Shown in pieces: positions 17,595 through 27,071 of a DNA stretch of 64,000 nucleotides (the first letter of the stretch is position 1; each line of letters starts with the position of its first letter). Source of the stretch: a virus (lineage: Duplodnaviria > Caudoviricetes); IMG/VR virus record IMGVR_UViG_3300020576_005620, positions 32,001 through 96,000 of that record; one strand, written 5' to 3'. Under the pieces are notes generated by a model that made no database searches, was not told the DNA's origin, and worked only from the letters and a program-made list of their open reading frames with translations. Both the position numbers and the translations under genes were made by a program.

Positions 17595-17651
17595 GTTCTT
17601 TATAAAACAAAACAGATTTAAAAACTTTCCTAAAAGGAATTTAGAAAATAC

Positions 17652-17987
17652 ATGAAACGAATCCAACATAATGGAACTGAATATTCAGTTACCTTTACTT
17701 ATGAGCGGAAAGTGACTAAGAAGAAGGTTCGAGGCAAGGTTGCACCAACCGATCTCGAGCGTACTACTTGCACAATTCTTGAAGGTCAAATTGGGTCTAA
17801 GGATACTGAAAAGACTGTTGCTCATAAAGGCAGCTGTTCTCAGTTTATCAAAGACAACCCTAATAGAAATGTCGGAAGACATGAGTCTTTATCTAAGGCG
17901 TTGAGTAATGTACCAAATGGTCCAGAACTTCGTAAAGCAATTATTGAAGGTCTTAAACTAAGATCTTCAGGTTGTTCTACGGAATAA
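17652..17987 (+). CDS. phage hypothetical protein
   Basis: 111-aa ORF, DNPNRNVGRHESLSKAL pattern. Confidence 0.7.
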   Translation: MKRIQHNGTEYSVTFTYERKVTKKKVRGKVAPTDLERTTCTILEGQIGSKDTEKTVAHKGSCSQFIKDNPNRNVGRHESLSKALSNVPNGPELRKAIIEGLKLRSSGCSTE

Positions 17988-17999
17988 GGACACTAGTTA

Positions 18000-18338
18000 A
18001 TGAACATTTCATCAGAAGTAAAAAGCCTAAGAGAATTTTTGGACAGTACAGATCTTTCTGTTAGAGACGCAGCTCACGCAATGGGCCTCCATAGAGATAC
18101 TATCTATAGTTGGTTTAGAAAGGGTGCTGTGCCGAAGCCAGAAAATATTGCCCAAATTAGAAGTTTCGTTGTTGGTAGTAAGAGCTCCAAATCAGAGACT
18201 GTATCTTCAGCTTCTGCAGCCCCTAAAAAGGCTACTTCTCCAGCCCCTTCCAAATCAACAAGAGCTCTGCTAAATGAAGCTAAACAGCTCACAAGCAGAC
18301 TTCACGAAATTTACTCTATCTTAGAATACAACAGCTGA
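18000..18338 (+). CDS. HTH (Cro/XRE-like) DNA-binding protein
   Basis: SVRDAAHAMGLHRDTIYSWFRKGAVP. Confidence 0.8.
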   Translation: MNISSEVKSLREFLDSTDLSVRDAAHAMGLHRDTIYSWFRKGAVPKPENIAQIRSFVVGSKSSKSETVSSASAAPKKATSPAPSKSTRALLNEAKQLTSRLHEIYSILEYNS

Positions 18339-18366
18339 TAAGAGTGTAAAAAAATCATATAATCTA

Positions 18367-18885
18367 ATGACTTCCACAACTACTACTGAACCACAATATC
18401 AACAGCTGATTGCAGAGTTGATGACTCTTGCTGGCTCACCCTCTCACGCTCCATACGTTGAGAGGGTGCCTGTAAGGTTGAAAGAGGCCTTTGAAGGTAA
18501 AGACATTATTCCTCTTGATACTTGGCTGGTCCAAGCAGCACTTGGAAACCTTCTAGCAGTTAAACCTCTTTCCCCGAGTCTTGATCCTACTACTATGAAT
18601 CAAGAAGTTATTGAAAGTGGTTTTCACGATCAGAAAACCATACAACAACTAGCAAACCTGGGTGTTGAATCTGGTCTTTTCACACCAACAAAAGCGGATG
18701 TTGGACTGTCTCCTGCAGACTTAATTGTCCAAGATCCTTCATTACTAGGAGCAGCTAATGCTTTCCGGGAAAAATATCTCTCTACTTTTGCAGCATATGT
18801 TAAGGAGGATGATCCAGACCCTATAAGTGTTAGATTGATTGAACTAGCTCATATTCTTAAAACTAATGGGTATTCACCTAGCTAG
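18367..18885 (+). CDS. hypothetical protein
   Basis: 172-aa ORF. Confidence 0.7.
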   Translation: MTSTTTTEPQYQQLIAELMTLAGSPSHAPYVERVPVRLKEAFEGKDIIPLDTWLVQAALGNLLAVKPLSPSLDPTTMNQEVIESGFHDQKTIQQLANLGVESGLFTPTKADVGLSPADLIVQDPSLLGAANAFREKYLSTFAAYVKEDDPDPISVRLIELAHILKTNGYSPS

Positions 18886-18920
18886 TTTTAAATGACTAAT
18901 TCGTCAATCGTTCCAAGTAA

Positions 18921-19460
18921 ATGATAACGAACGAAACGAAAACTACCGGAAATTCACGAAGATATTACGTCAAGCCTAAGACTGGATCATTGACTGCCTC
19001 TTTCAGAGGTGAAAATGGTTTTGAAGATGCTGGACAGTTTAATTCTGTAAGTGGTAACCTGGTGTATGTCACTATTGTCAGAGACCCTGGTACGCAGAAA
19101 AGTAAAACTACCAAGGGATATGACGCTTACGATGCTCTTCAAATTCTTCTAGTTGATGAAACTACTAAAGAAGAATATGTAATTAGAAGTGATGTAAAGA
19201 GAACCTTTGCATGGCTTTTAGCTTCTAGACTTGCTGGTGTTAAAGCTGGTGATTTGGTGAAGCTAACCACAAGACCTGGAGACAAAGAAGAGGTAACTCT
19301 TCCAACACTTTATGTCTTTAGCGAAGTTACTGAAGAGTGGGTACGCGTAGAAGCTGAACAATTTCCTGAAGGTAGGGATGAGAAAGTAGCTCTCGGAATA
19401 CAGAGAGTTAAAGAACATCCTTCCTATAAGGACTTTGATGAACCTGCTACAAGTGCCTAG
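18921..19460 (+). CDS. hypothetical protein
   Basis: 179-aa beta-rich ORF followed by a terminator. Confidence 0.75.
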   Translation: MITNETKTTGNSRRYYVKPKTGSLTASFRGENGFEDAGQFNSVSGNLVYVTIVRDPGTQKSKTTKGYDAYDALQILLVDETTKEEYVIRSDVKRTFAWLLASRLAGVKAGDLVKLTTRPGDKEEVTLPTLYVFSEVTEEWVRVEAEQFPEGRDEKVALGIQRVKEHPSYKDFDEPATSA

Positions 19461-19473
19461 TCTATAAGACTAC

Positions 19474-19496
19474 AAAGGGGGTGAAAACCCCCTTTT
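19474..19496 (+). terminator. intrinsic terminator
   Basis: AAAGGGGGT-GAAA-ACCCCCTTTT. Confidence 0.7.
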
Positions 19497-19509
19497 AGGA
19501 ATAAAAGAT

Positions 19510-20019
19510 ATGATGAATGTTTTAATTGTCGCTGCACTCGTTTTGAATTTTCAGAACTCTGCAGTCGAAGTAAAGGGTCAAGAAATTGACCAAGCAGCTA
19601 AGAAACAAATTGTTTCTCTCTTCCCCGGTACGAAAGCACCGCCTAAACAAACTCCTTTACAGGAAAAGTACAGGTCCTTTCTAAAGGGAGATGTCAATGC
19701 TGTCAAACCAAGAATTATGAATTCTACTGCCTACCTTCCCACAGATGGTTCTTCAAGAAGTCTTACTGCTTCTGGTAGAACTGCTAGAAGAGGCATTATT
19801 GCAGTAGACCCAAGACAAATTCCCATGCATTCTCTAGTTTATGTAGAGAATTATGGATGGGCTGTTGCGGGGGATACAGGTGGGGCAATCAAGGGAAACA
19901 TTATTGATGTTTGTATTGAGAGCAGATCCTCTTGTATGAATTGGGGTAGAAGAAAAGTTAAAGTTTGGGTGTATCCACAAAAAATTACTTCTGACCTGAA
20001 AAGAAGAAAAACACGCTAA
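19510..20019 (+). CDS. secreted 3D-domain (lytic transglycosylase-like) protein
   Basis: signal-peptide-like N-terminus; STAY..TASG..IAVDP..IP..GDTGGAIKGNIIDV. Confidence 0.9.
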   Translation: MMNVLIVAALVLNFQNSAVEVKGQEIDQAAKKQIVSLFPGTKAPPKQTPLQEKYRSFLKGDVNAVKPRIMNSTAYLPTDGSSRSLTASGRTARRGIIAVDPRQIPMHSLVYVENYGWAVAGDTGGAIKGNIIDVCIESRSSCMNWGRRKVKVWVYPQKITSDLKRRKTR

Positions 20020-20053
20020 TATATGGGGAGACTTCTCCCCATTAAAATTACTT

Positions 20054-20989
20054 ATGAAAATCCTGAAATTTAACGAGTTCAACAAATTTATTAGTCTTTT
20101 CAAATGCCACGCTGAAACAAAACAACTTCCTACTTTTTCTCAAGCTCAAGCTCATTGTAAGGATTTAACTGAAGAGTCTTATAAAGAAATTATGTTGGAC
20201 CTCGCACTTACCAACATGTCTGCGTCAAGAACTTCTTGGGCTCTATTGAAAAATATAGAAACTTTTGGTTCTCTATCCTATTCTAAGGATTTCGAACCTG
20301 AGATTGGAAAATTATCTATTCTGGATCTTTATGAGCATAGTACGGTTTCAAGTAATCATATTTCTCATAGATCTTACTTCTTGCAAGCTAACGAAGATAT
20401 TTCCACCATGGCTTTAAATGTATCCAATATAAAAAGAAGAATAGAAAAACAGCTGATATTCTCAGGTGTTACAATTGTATCTATTTATTTTGGTACTTTT
20501 AAACAAACTGCCTCTGTCTTTCCAGACTATCAAAAAGAACACTCTATGTATTCTCAGGTGTTTGGCGGCGTTCCTTACATGTTAAATGAAGCAGATGGTG
20601 GTTATTACAGTTATCTAGGCCCGGCATTTTTGGTTGAGTTCCAAATGGAGCTTGAAGATGGACGAAAAACACGTCAAACAGTTTGTGTAACTACTATTGA
20701 ATTGGTAAATGAGGTTATTAAACGCTACCCGAACTACTACCAAAAAACTGGGTACCCACATTCTAACCACGATGTAATTGCTCTTTGTACAGACTATTGT
20801 GAAAGAGAAGAACTACCGGGTGCAGTTGACGGACAGTTAACAAACATTTTTTCCAACCCTAGAAGCTTAACACAATGGTTTCTTAGTTCTTGCCTGTTGG
20901 CTCAGGCACAAAAAGGAAACAAACTTAAAGGTTTAGATGTAAGTAATTCTTCAAAGGTAAAGAGGCTGAAGGAACTGCTTGATGTATAG
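20054..20989 (+). CDS. conserved-Cys C-terminal domain family, paralog 1
   Basis: YCER...PRSLTQW...KLKGL..SN..KVKRLKELL. Confidence 0.75.
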   Translation: MKILKFNEFNKFISLFKCHAETKQLPTFSQAQAHCKDLTEESYKEIMLDLALTNMSASRTSWALLKNIETFGSLSYSKDFEPEIGKLSILDLYEHSTVSSNHISHRSYFLQANEDISTMALNVSNIKRRIEKQLIFSGVTIVSIYFGTFKQTASVFPDYQKEHSMYSQVFGGVPYMLNEADGGYYSYLGPAFLVEFQMELEDGRKTRQTVCVTTIELVNEVIKRYPNYYQKTGYPHSNHDVIALCTDYCEREELPGAVDGQLTNIFSNPRSLTQWFLSSCLLAQAQKGNKLKGLDVSNSSKVKRLKELLDV

Positions 20990-21629
20990 CATTGGGATAA
21001 ACGGTTACTTCTTTCCACTAGAAGAGAAGAATGACTTAGAAAATAAAAGCTTTCAGGATTTGTTAGCTAAGAAATTGGAAATTTTTCCAGTTAGTATAGA
21101 ATCTGTTACTCGTGGGTTTTATATTCAACTCTTCAATACTTTATCAGAGTATGAAGAATCATTCTATCCATCTGAATCTAAGAGAAGAAAGCTTTATAAG
21201 TCTTTGTATAAGCACATAAATCGCAAAGATTTTGAGAATTTTCATGTTGATTATGAGGGAAATGATTTTGGTTACCAATATTTTTCTTCGGCTTTTGATG
21301 TTAAGTTAGTATGTGAAAAAAGATTCTTTAATGTAATTGTTGCAACTAAAGAAGACATTAATCTTTACTTAACAGAATATGAGAAACCAGAAAACTACAC
21401 TATACCGAGTGATACAGTATTTGTCGCATCTACATGGTGCCAAAGATGTTCCTATCCTGGTTCTGAAGATGGGGATATAATGAGCATTTTCTCAGATCCA
21501 ATGTCTGTTGAAACATGGATTATGAATCACGCCCTTCCAAAACTCCAAAGAGATGGATTAACTGTTCCTGGTCTAGAGACATCTTCTAGGGCAAACATAA
21601 GCAAACTTAAAAAACTACTTGAAACCTAA
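20979..21629 (+). CDS. conserved-Cys C-terminal domain family, paralog 2
   Basis: WCQR...PMSVETW...TVPGL..SS..NISKLKKLL. Confidence 0.75.
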   Translation: MMYSIGINGYFFPLEEKNDLENKSFQDLLAKKLEIFPVSIESVTRGFYIQLFNTLSEYEESFYPSESKRRKLYKSLYKHINRKDFENFHVDYEGNDFGYQYFSSAFDVKLVCEKRFFNVIVATKEDINLYLTEYEKPENYTIPSDTVFVASTWCQRCSYPGSEDGDIMSIFSDPMSVETWIMNHALPKLQRDGLTVPGLETSSRANISKLKKLLET

Positions 21630-21721
21630 ATTGTAAGATATGAAACTATGTATATATCAAGGAGAGTGCATATGGTAGACGTTAGGTAGGACTTAGTTTC
21701 CTACCGTTCCGAAAAAATACC

Positions 21722-22213
21722 ATGACAAACGAAGCACGCGTTCTTCTTAATTCATCACAGATTGGTCCTGACTGCATGGTCCTGATCAACCTCTCAAACA
21801 ACGACAACTCTAGCAAGAGAATCAACGTAAACGAAAGTATTACGCTGAAGGATCTTGGTCTGGGTGGCGGTTCTACCGCACAGGCCCCTAACTGGGCTGA
21901 CGCTCAGGCAAAGATGACCGTTGTTTGTGCAAACCCAGCTCTGTCAGCTTCTGAAAAGGCTGCTGCTGTGCAACAGATTACGAAGGACTTCACCGACGCT
22001 AGCGCCAAGTACCAGGAGGTAAATGGCGGTAACATCACCGACATGGTTGCTGTAAAGGCAGCCTCTTTCATCTGCGAAAAGTACGGCTTTTCGTCAACCG
22101 ATAAGGACGGTACTGTTGTCCTGAAGGCCGAAAACCTTCTTGTTTCAACAATGATTACTCCTAAGGGCGAACTGCTCTTCAGTGTCACCGGCACTGCTGT
22201 TTGGGGTAAGTAA
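21722..22213 (+). CDS. putative ubiquitin-like (beta-grasp) modifier; function is inference
   Basis: ubiquitin-like beta1-beta2 pattern, C-terminal ...AVWGK, C-ending codon bias, own terminator, near an E1. Confidence 0.4.
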   Translation: MTNEARVLLNSSQIGPDCMVLINLSNNDNSSKRINVNESITLKDLGLGGGSTAQAPNWADAQAKMTVVCANPALSASEKAAAVQQITKDFTDASAKYQEVNGGNITDMVAVKAASFICEKYGFSSTDKDGTVVLKAENLLVSTMITPKGELLFSVTGTAVWGK

Positions 22214-22217
22214 TCTT

Positions 22218-22255
22218 TTTGGCTGGGGGAAACCCCAGCCAAATTTCTATTTTTT
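22218..22255 (+). terminator. intrinsic terminator
   Basis: GGCTGGGG-GAAA-CCCCAGCC with T-rich tail. Confidence 0.8.
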
Positions 22256-22265
22256 ATAAACCCAA

Positions 22266-23702
22266 ATGAAAACTATTGACCTTAAGGAAAAACTTCAGAA
22301 TTTCAAAGAAAACCACTTCTGGGGGGCTCCGACATATAATACAAGAGCTTTGTCATCAGGTGGTTATTCTTTCGCTTTAACCCTACCTAAAGAATTTGTT
22401 GAGAAAAAGTTTGGAATTCCTAGTGTACTAGCTGCTAGGTTTTATTCTCAAAACGCACCCTCTGGACGAGTTAATCTACATAACCTAGATCTTTCTCATA
22501 TTTCCGTGGAGGAGGGTGTATGTAAGGTTAAAAAGCCGACTCAAAAACCAAACCTTACACCACAAAACTACTCAGCAATAAGAGAAGAATTTATTGAGAA
22601 ATTCCCCGAGGCAAATGTTTCTCAATTCTTAAACATTATTTCTCCATATGCAAATTCAAGCTATGCTTCAATTTTTGTAAACTGGATAGTAGAAAACTAC
22701 ACGTCTCAAACTTCTTCAGAAGTTTCTGAAGAATTGGATTTTCAAAATGATATGATTTCTAAGGAAAATCCTGGTTTCAGAGTAAGATTTAGAAAGAAGT
22801 CACATGATACTGGTTCTGAAGTCTACAGTGTAGGTGCAGAAATTGTTAATCTTATCACTGAAATCTTTGGTGTTTCTAATTACTACGTCTCTAGTTATCT
22901 ACAAACAAAAACAAAAGTAAATCCGCTTGCTGTAAGTCCCCTGGATCTTAAGTCATTTAGGGTTCCAAAGCCTGGTGAGCTTACAGACAAACAAATTAGT
23001 GAATATCTTTCTCTACCAGCACGAAGAATCTCAAGCTGGGTTACTGTGTATTCACATAAATGTGAACTTGATTTTGAAGAAAGAGAAAGGGTTCTTGAAA
23101 TTGTAAAACAAGAACTAGCTTTGGTTCCTGATGTAGAAGTTACTGACATCTCTCAAAGATACATTATGTATGTATCTGACGAATCAGGTGAAAAGAGATG
23201 GGAGCTTACGCAGGATGCCTTCAATCACCCTAAATTTGGCAAGAAGATCTTTGAAAATACAAAGATGGCTGGCCATGATGTAAGTGGAAGCGTAGTCAGT
23301 CCTGCAGTAATTTACATTGGCAGGGCATGGGCTGTTCACTATACTGTTGGTGGTCTTGATCCTTTAGCTGGAAACCACGTTCTTGTTGCTACTGAAGAAC
23401 AAGTAAGAGAAGCTTTTAGTCAATATAGACCTGACCTTCTTCCTAGCGATTGGAAACCATGGGCTCCGCTTATGTATATTGCCAATCCTCAGTGGTGTGA
23501 ACGAAATGGTTCTCATAACTATCATCGAGGCTACGACCTATCTTCACCTATGCAGAGAAGAAACTCCCTTCTTACTTGGACACTAGGTTCTCTTGCTAGC
23601 AGGTACAGAGAAAAGACTGGTAGTGAGCTTCCAGGTATTATGACAACTAATGGTGTCAGTAATAAAGCTAAGCTCGCTAAACTAGAACAACTATTGAAAT
23701 AA
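22266..23702 (+). CDS. conserved-Cys C-terminal domain family, paralog 3
   Basis: WCER...RNSLLTW...ELPGI...SNKAKLAKLEQLL. Confidence 0.75.
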   Translation: MKTIDLKEKLQNFKENHFWGAPTYNTRALSSGGYSFALTLPKEFVEKKFGIPSVLAARFYSQNAPSGRVNLHNLDLSHISVEEGVCKVKKPTQKPNLTPQNYSAIREEFIEKFPEANVSQFLNIISPYANSSYASIFVNWIVENYTSQTSSEVSEELDFQNDMISKENPGFRVRFRKKSHDTGSEVYSVGAEIVNLITEIFGVSNYYVSSYLQTKTKVNPLAVSPLDLKSFRVPKPGELTDKQISEYLSLPARRISSWVTVYSHKCELDFEERERVLEIVKQELALVPDVEVTDISQRYIMYVSDESGEKRWELTQDAFNHPKFGKKIFENTKMAGHDVSGSVVSPAVIYIGRAWAVHYTVGGLDPLAGNHVLVATEEQVREAFSQYRPDLLPSDWKPWAPLMYIANPQWCERNGSHNYHRGYDLSSPMQRRNSLLTWTLGSLASRYREKTGSELPGIMTTNGVSNKAKLAKLEQLLK

Positions 23703-23710
23703 AGAACAAA

Positions 23711-24451
23711 ATGTATAAACTAATTGTAGTAGGGGCTGGCTCTCTTGGCGAAGACTTCTGTATTGAAGCTGCCAGGAGAGCTTTTGCTCAACAAATGCCA
23801 CTTCAAATAACACTTATTGATTTCGACACTATTGAAGAGAGAAATCTGGCTTCTCAAGGATTCCTTCCTTCAGAAGTTGGAACTTTGAAAGCAGAGAGCG
23901 TTATCAACCGAATATCACAGTTTCCTCTTATTACTGCGAAAGCAGTAACAGAAAAGGTTACTGAGGAGAATTGGGAGTCCCTACTGGAAGTAGATGAGAA
24001 TACAACTATTGTTGACGTAGTAGATAACTATCCTACTCGTGTTCTTCTATGGACAGCTGGACAGGCTCTTAATGTTCCAGTATTGCACGCAGGAATGGCT
24101 ACTGATGGAAATGGCCAAGTAAGTTGGAATTATAAAGAAATGGATTCCTTCTCGTTGTCTCCTAAAAATACTTCACCTGATATGCAGGCTAAGTTGAAGG
24201 AGGCACCTGATGTTAAACTTCCTCCGTGCCAGCTTAATGCTTTTAGGCAGTTGATTAGAAATACAGCCATGGCTGCAGTCACTGCTTACTTTATCTCCAT
24301 TGGTTGTGACAACACTAAGACTTTTATGAGTGATGGTGAAAATGTTGCAGAAAGAGGCCTTTTCTCTACTTGGAAGACAAGTATTAATTCTATGAACTAC
24401 TGGAAAGAAATGACTTTCTACATTGACCCTAATGGAGCACCAAGTGAGTAA
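23711..24451 (+). CDS. ThiF/MoeB/E1-family adenylyltransferase
   Basis: VVGAGSLG, IDFDTIEERNLASQ, GTLKAE, DVVDNYPTR; candidate catalytic Cys in LPPC. Confidence 0.92.
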   Translation: MYKLIVVGAGSLGEDFCIEAARRAFAQQMPLQITLIDFDTIEERNLASQGFLPSEVGTLKAESVINRISQFPLITAKAVTEKVTEENWESLLEVDENTTIVDVVDNYPTRVLLWTAGQALNVPVLHAGMATDGNGQVSWNYKEMDSFSLSPKNTSPDMQAKLKEAPDVKLPPCQLNAFRQLIRNTAMAAVTAYFISIGCDNTKTFMSDGENVAERGLFSTWKTSINSMNYWKEMTFYIDPNGAPSE

Positions 24452-26819
24452 CGATTCTCCTGGAATGAAAATTATTAATGGTAAGCCTTTCTATTTAGAA
24501 GAAGACGTAACCTACACGCCGGAACATTCAAAGACACCAATTCTTGCAAAAATAGCAAGCTTCTTTGAGAATGATAGAATTTATCTTACCTATTCTTCAC
24601 CAACTGGTGAAGTTTATACATCAGTTTCTCCAAACACAATCAAGAAGTTGACAGAGGACAACTCTGTTTTAAATCCTGGAGAACTGACTGCGAGGGCAAT
24701 TGAGGATATCTTTGAAGAGCAGTTTTCCAAAGAAGTTGAGGAATCTGTAATAGAGAAGAAGTTTGAATTAGATCAAAACTCCTTTATGTACTACAAAAAC
24801 CTTAAGATTGGGGATCATGTTATATTCAGGGATAACCCTGGTGATTACACAGGTTCGTGGTCTGGTTTTGGAAAGACAGCTGTTGTTACTGCAATAAATC
24901 GGAAGGAGGAGGGGTTTACTGCGAAGATTGTTGATGGCGGTAGTTATGTCAATGCCTGGTCAAATCAAATCTTCAGAGTTCTCACCCCAATTAAGGACGA
25001 TGATAAGCCAGCAACACCAAAGGCTCTCCCTATTTATGAATCTGGTAAGGTTCTTTTCCTAGACAAGCAGTATGTTCCTCTAGGATTTAGCAGCAACTTA
25101 GTAAAGGTTAATTACTATAATGCTGAGACAGATACTTACTGTGTAGATTTCATTAAAACATCGGATCTTCCTAAGGAAGCTTTGGCTTTAGCCAAGGATT
25201 TTCTGGTGCCTAATGGTACTATTAAGAGCTATGTAGATGGTGGTCAGGACATGAACTACCAGCCTACCACTAGCAGTAGCTCATCTAAGTCCACCCCTTC
25301 CACATCATATAATACAAAGGTGTATTTTAAGGTGTATGGCGGAAATATCCTCTATCCAACTTACTTTAACAAAGATGAGATGGATAAAGCCATGGCTAAG
25401 ATAAGCTATGAATCTGAGACGGTTGATGGTCAACTGTCAAAAGTCTTTACCATTAAACCTGAGCATACTGCTTGGAAAAAGGATACTTCTAAGAATCCTT
25501 TAATGTGTGCCTATGATGCTACCTCAAAGTTCTTAGATTCGATCTTAGGTGTTAAGATTGACTCTGATGATGCCTCGTGGTATAAATCTCATCCGTTAAT
25601 TACAACTAACGGTCTTCCACAGGAGCACACTATTACTGTATTGAATGATCTTGTATCTATTTACGGTATTGGTATTAAGAAGGTTTACTGTAGAAAGGGC
25701 ACTTCTGCATTCCCAGAAACTCTTAAATGGCAGCAGGTACTAGGTATTAATCCAACTGCTCAAATGACTCGAGATGCATCTAATGAAGAATTCCTAAGCT
25801 CTCTTCCAGAAGAAGCTAGAGAATTTCTTAATGCGTCTTCTTGGGATTTTGAGTATGTGGACGAACTTCCGAAAGTTCCACTTGTTATTATGAATGGTGG
25901 TTCAGGTTCAACAACTTGGGCTGCTGGTTTGGGACATGCTAGTTATTCCTCTCCTAGGGGATATAAAGGCAATGGTTGGTATATTGCACTTTCTTACGAT
26001 AGAATCGAAAACTGTAATAGATTTGTAGATCCACCAACAACAGCTGGTACAGAAGGTACTAACGATATTCTTGATATTTCCAACTGTAAGGATGATGAGG
26101 GCAACCTTATTAAAACTAGTGTCGAAAAATCCTATAGTTGGCAGAACTCTTCTAATAGTGGATATAAGTCATCCGAAGGAGGCCCCCAATCGGGAACCCC
26201 TTTTCAAAACAGCCAAAAGAAGAATTCAGCCAAGAAACCTTCTGGAATGGATACTTCGACTACTACGATAGATACCGCTCTTAGATATGCTTCGGGTGAT
26301 ATTAAGAGATTCAAAGCAGCTGGTGGGATTGGTCTTTCTAAGAAAGGTGCCCATCCTCTGATGCAAGGTTTTACTCATTTTTTAAAAACCTTGGGTTTAA
26401 AAAAAACTGACTTAACCAACTGTGATCTCAAATATTCATCGCCCCAAATTAGGAAGATAGCTGCCTATTTTGCTGAGAACTTCTGCAATGCAGAATTCGA
26501 ATATCCATACCCAAATGTGGAGGATGGTCTTATGTATCTTGCAGATTGTGCTAGCTCTCTCCCTGTTGGACCAAATAAGGAAGTTCTTTCTTATTCGGAA
26601 GTCTATGAAAGGTTCGAAGATAAGGTTGAGAAATTTCTTGATTTCTTAATCATTGATTGTGGGTATCTAAACACTTACGCATTTCTTTGCGCTATCTACA
26701 CAAAAGTGAAGTTGATTCATCCTAAGTCTTCAAAAGAAGACTTTACAGATGAACACTATCAACTTATGTTAAATGATTTGTGGGAAGCTTTGCATCCTAG
26801 TGACGATACTCTTTACTAA
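24444..26819 (+). CDS. multidomain protein with KOW/SH3-like and putative C39/papain-like peptidase domain
   Basis: LKIGDHVIF...KTAVVTAI; PLMCAYDATSKFL...TTNGL...YGI; VPLVIM...GHASY. Confidence 0.55.
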   Translation: MSNDSPGMKIINGKPFYLEEDVTYTPEHSKTPILAKIASFFENDRIYLTYSSPTGEVYTSVSPNTIKKLTEDNSVLNPGELTARAIEDIFEEQFSKEVEESVIEKKFELDQNSFMYYKNLKIGDHVIFRDNPGDYTGSWSGFGKTAVVTAINRKEEGFTAKIVDGGSYVNAWSNQIFRVLTPIKDDDKPATPKALPIYESGKVLFLDKQYVPLGFSSNLVKVNYYNAETDTYCVDFIKTSDLPKEALALAKDFLVPNGTIKSYVDGGQDMNYQPTTSSSSSKSTPSTSYNTKVYFKVYGGNILYPTYFNKDEMDKAMAKISYESETVDGQLSKVFTIKPEHTAWKKDTSKNPLMCAYDATSKFLDSILGVKIDSDDASWYKSHPLITTNGLPQEHTITVLNDLVSIYGIGIKKVYCRKGTSAFPETLKWQQVLGINPTAQMTRDASNEEFLSSLPEEAREFLNASSWDFEYVDELPKVPLVIMNGGSGSTTWAAGLGHASYSSPRGYKGNGWYIALSYDRIENCNRFVDPPTTAGTEGTNDILDISNCKDDEGNLIKTSVEKSYSWQNSSNSGYKSSEGGPQSGTPFQNSQKKNSAKKPSGMDTSTTTIDTALRYASGDIKRFKAAGGIGLSKKGAHPLMQGFTHFLKTLGLKKTDLTNCDLKYSSPQIRKIAAYFAENFCNAEFEYPYPNVEDGLMYLADCASSLPVGPNKEVLSYSEVYERFEDKVEKFLDFLIIDCGYLNTYAFLCAIYTKVKLIHPKSSKEDFTDEHYQLMLNDLWEALHPSDDTLY

Positions 26820-27071
26820 AATTTGTTACTAGGTACTTTAGGTTTTTCTTCATTTTGTCCTAAAGTATCTGGTAACATACCTATGTGGACAGCATACTAA
26901 ATATCCTGAAACTACTAATGTCAATAGGAAATGTACTTTCTGATATAGTGAGAGCTGTATCAATGGCATACAATGCTTATTGCAGCTCGCATACGGATGA
27001 TAGCTATTGCCAGTCCAACTAGTGATGACAAATGTGGGGTGGCAACACCCCAACAGATCTTTTTTTTAATT

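Noticed and set aside
23711-24451. ThiF as a thiamine/molybdopterin biosynthesis or RiPP maturation enzyme
   Set aside because: No thiS/thiG/moaD/moaE, YcaO or transporter nearby; not fully excluded, since partners could lie outside the window
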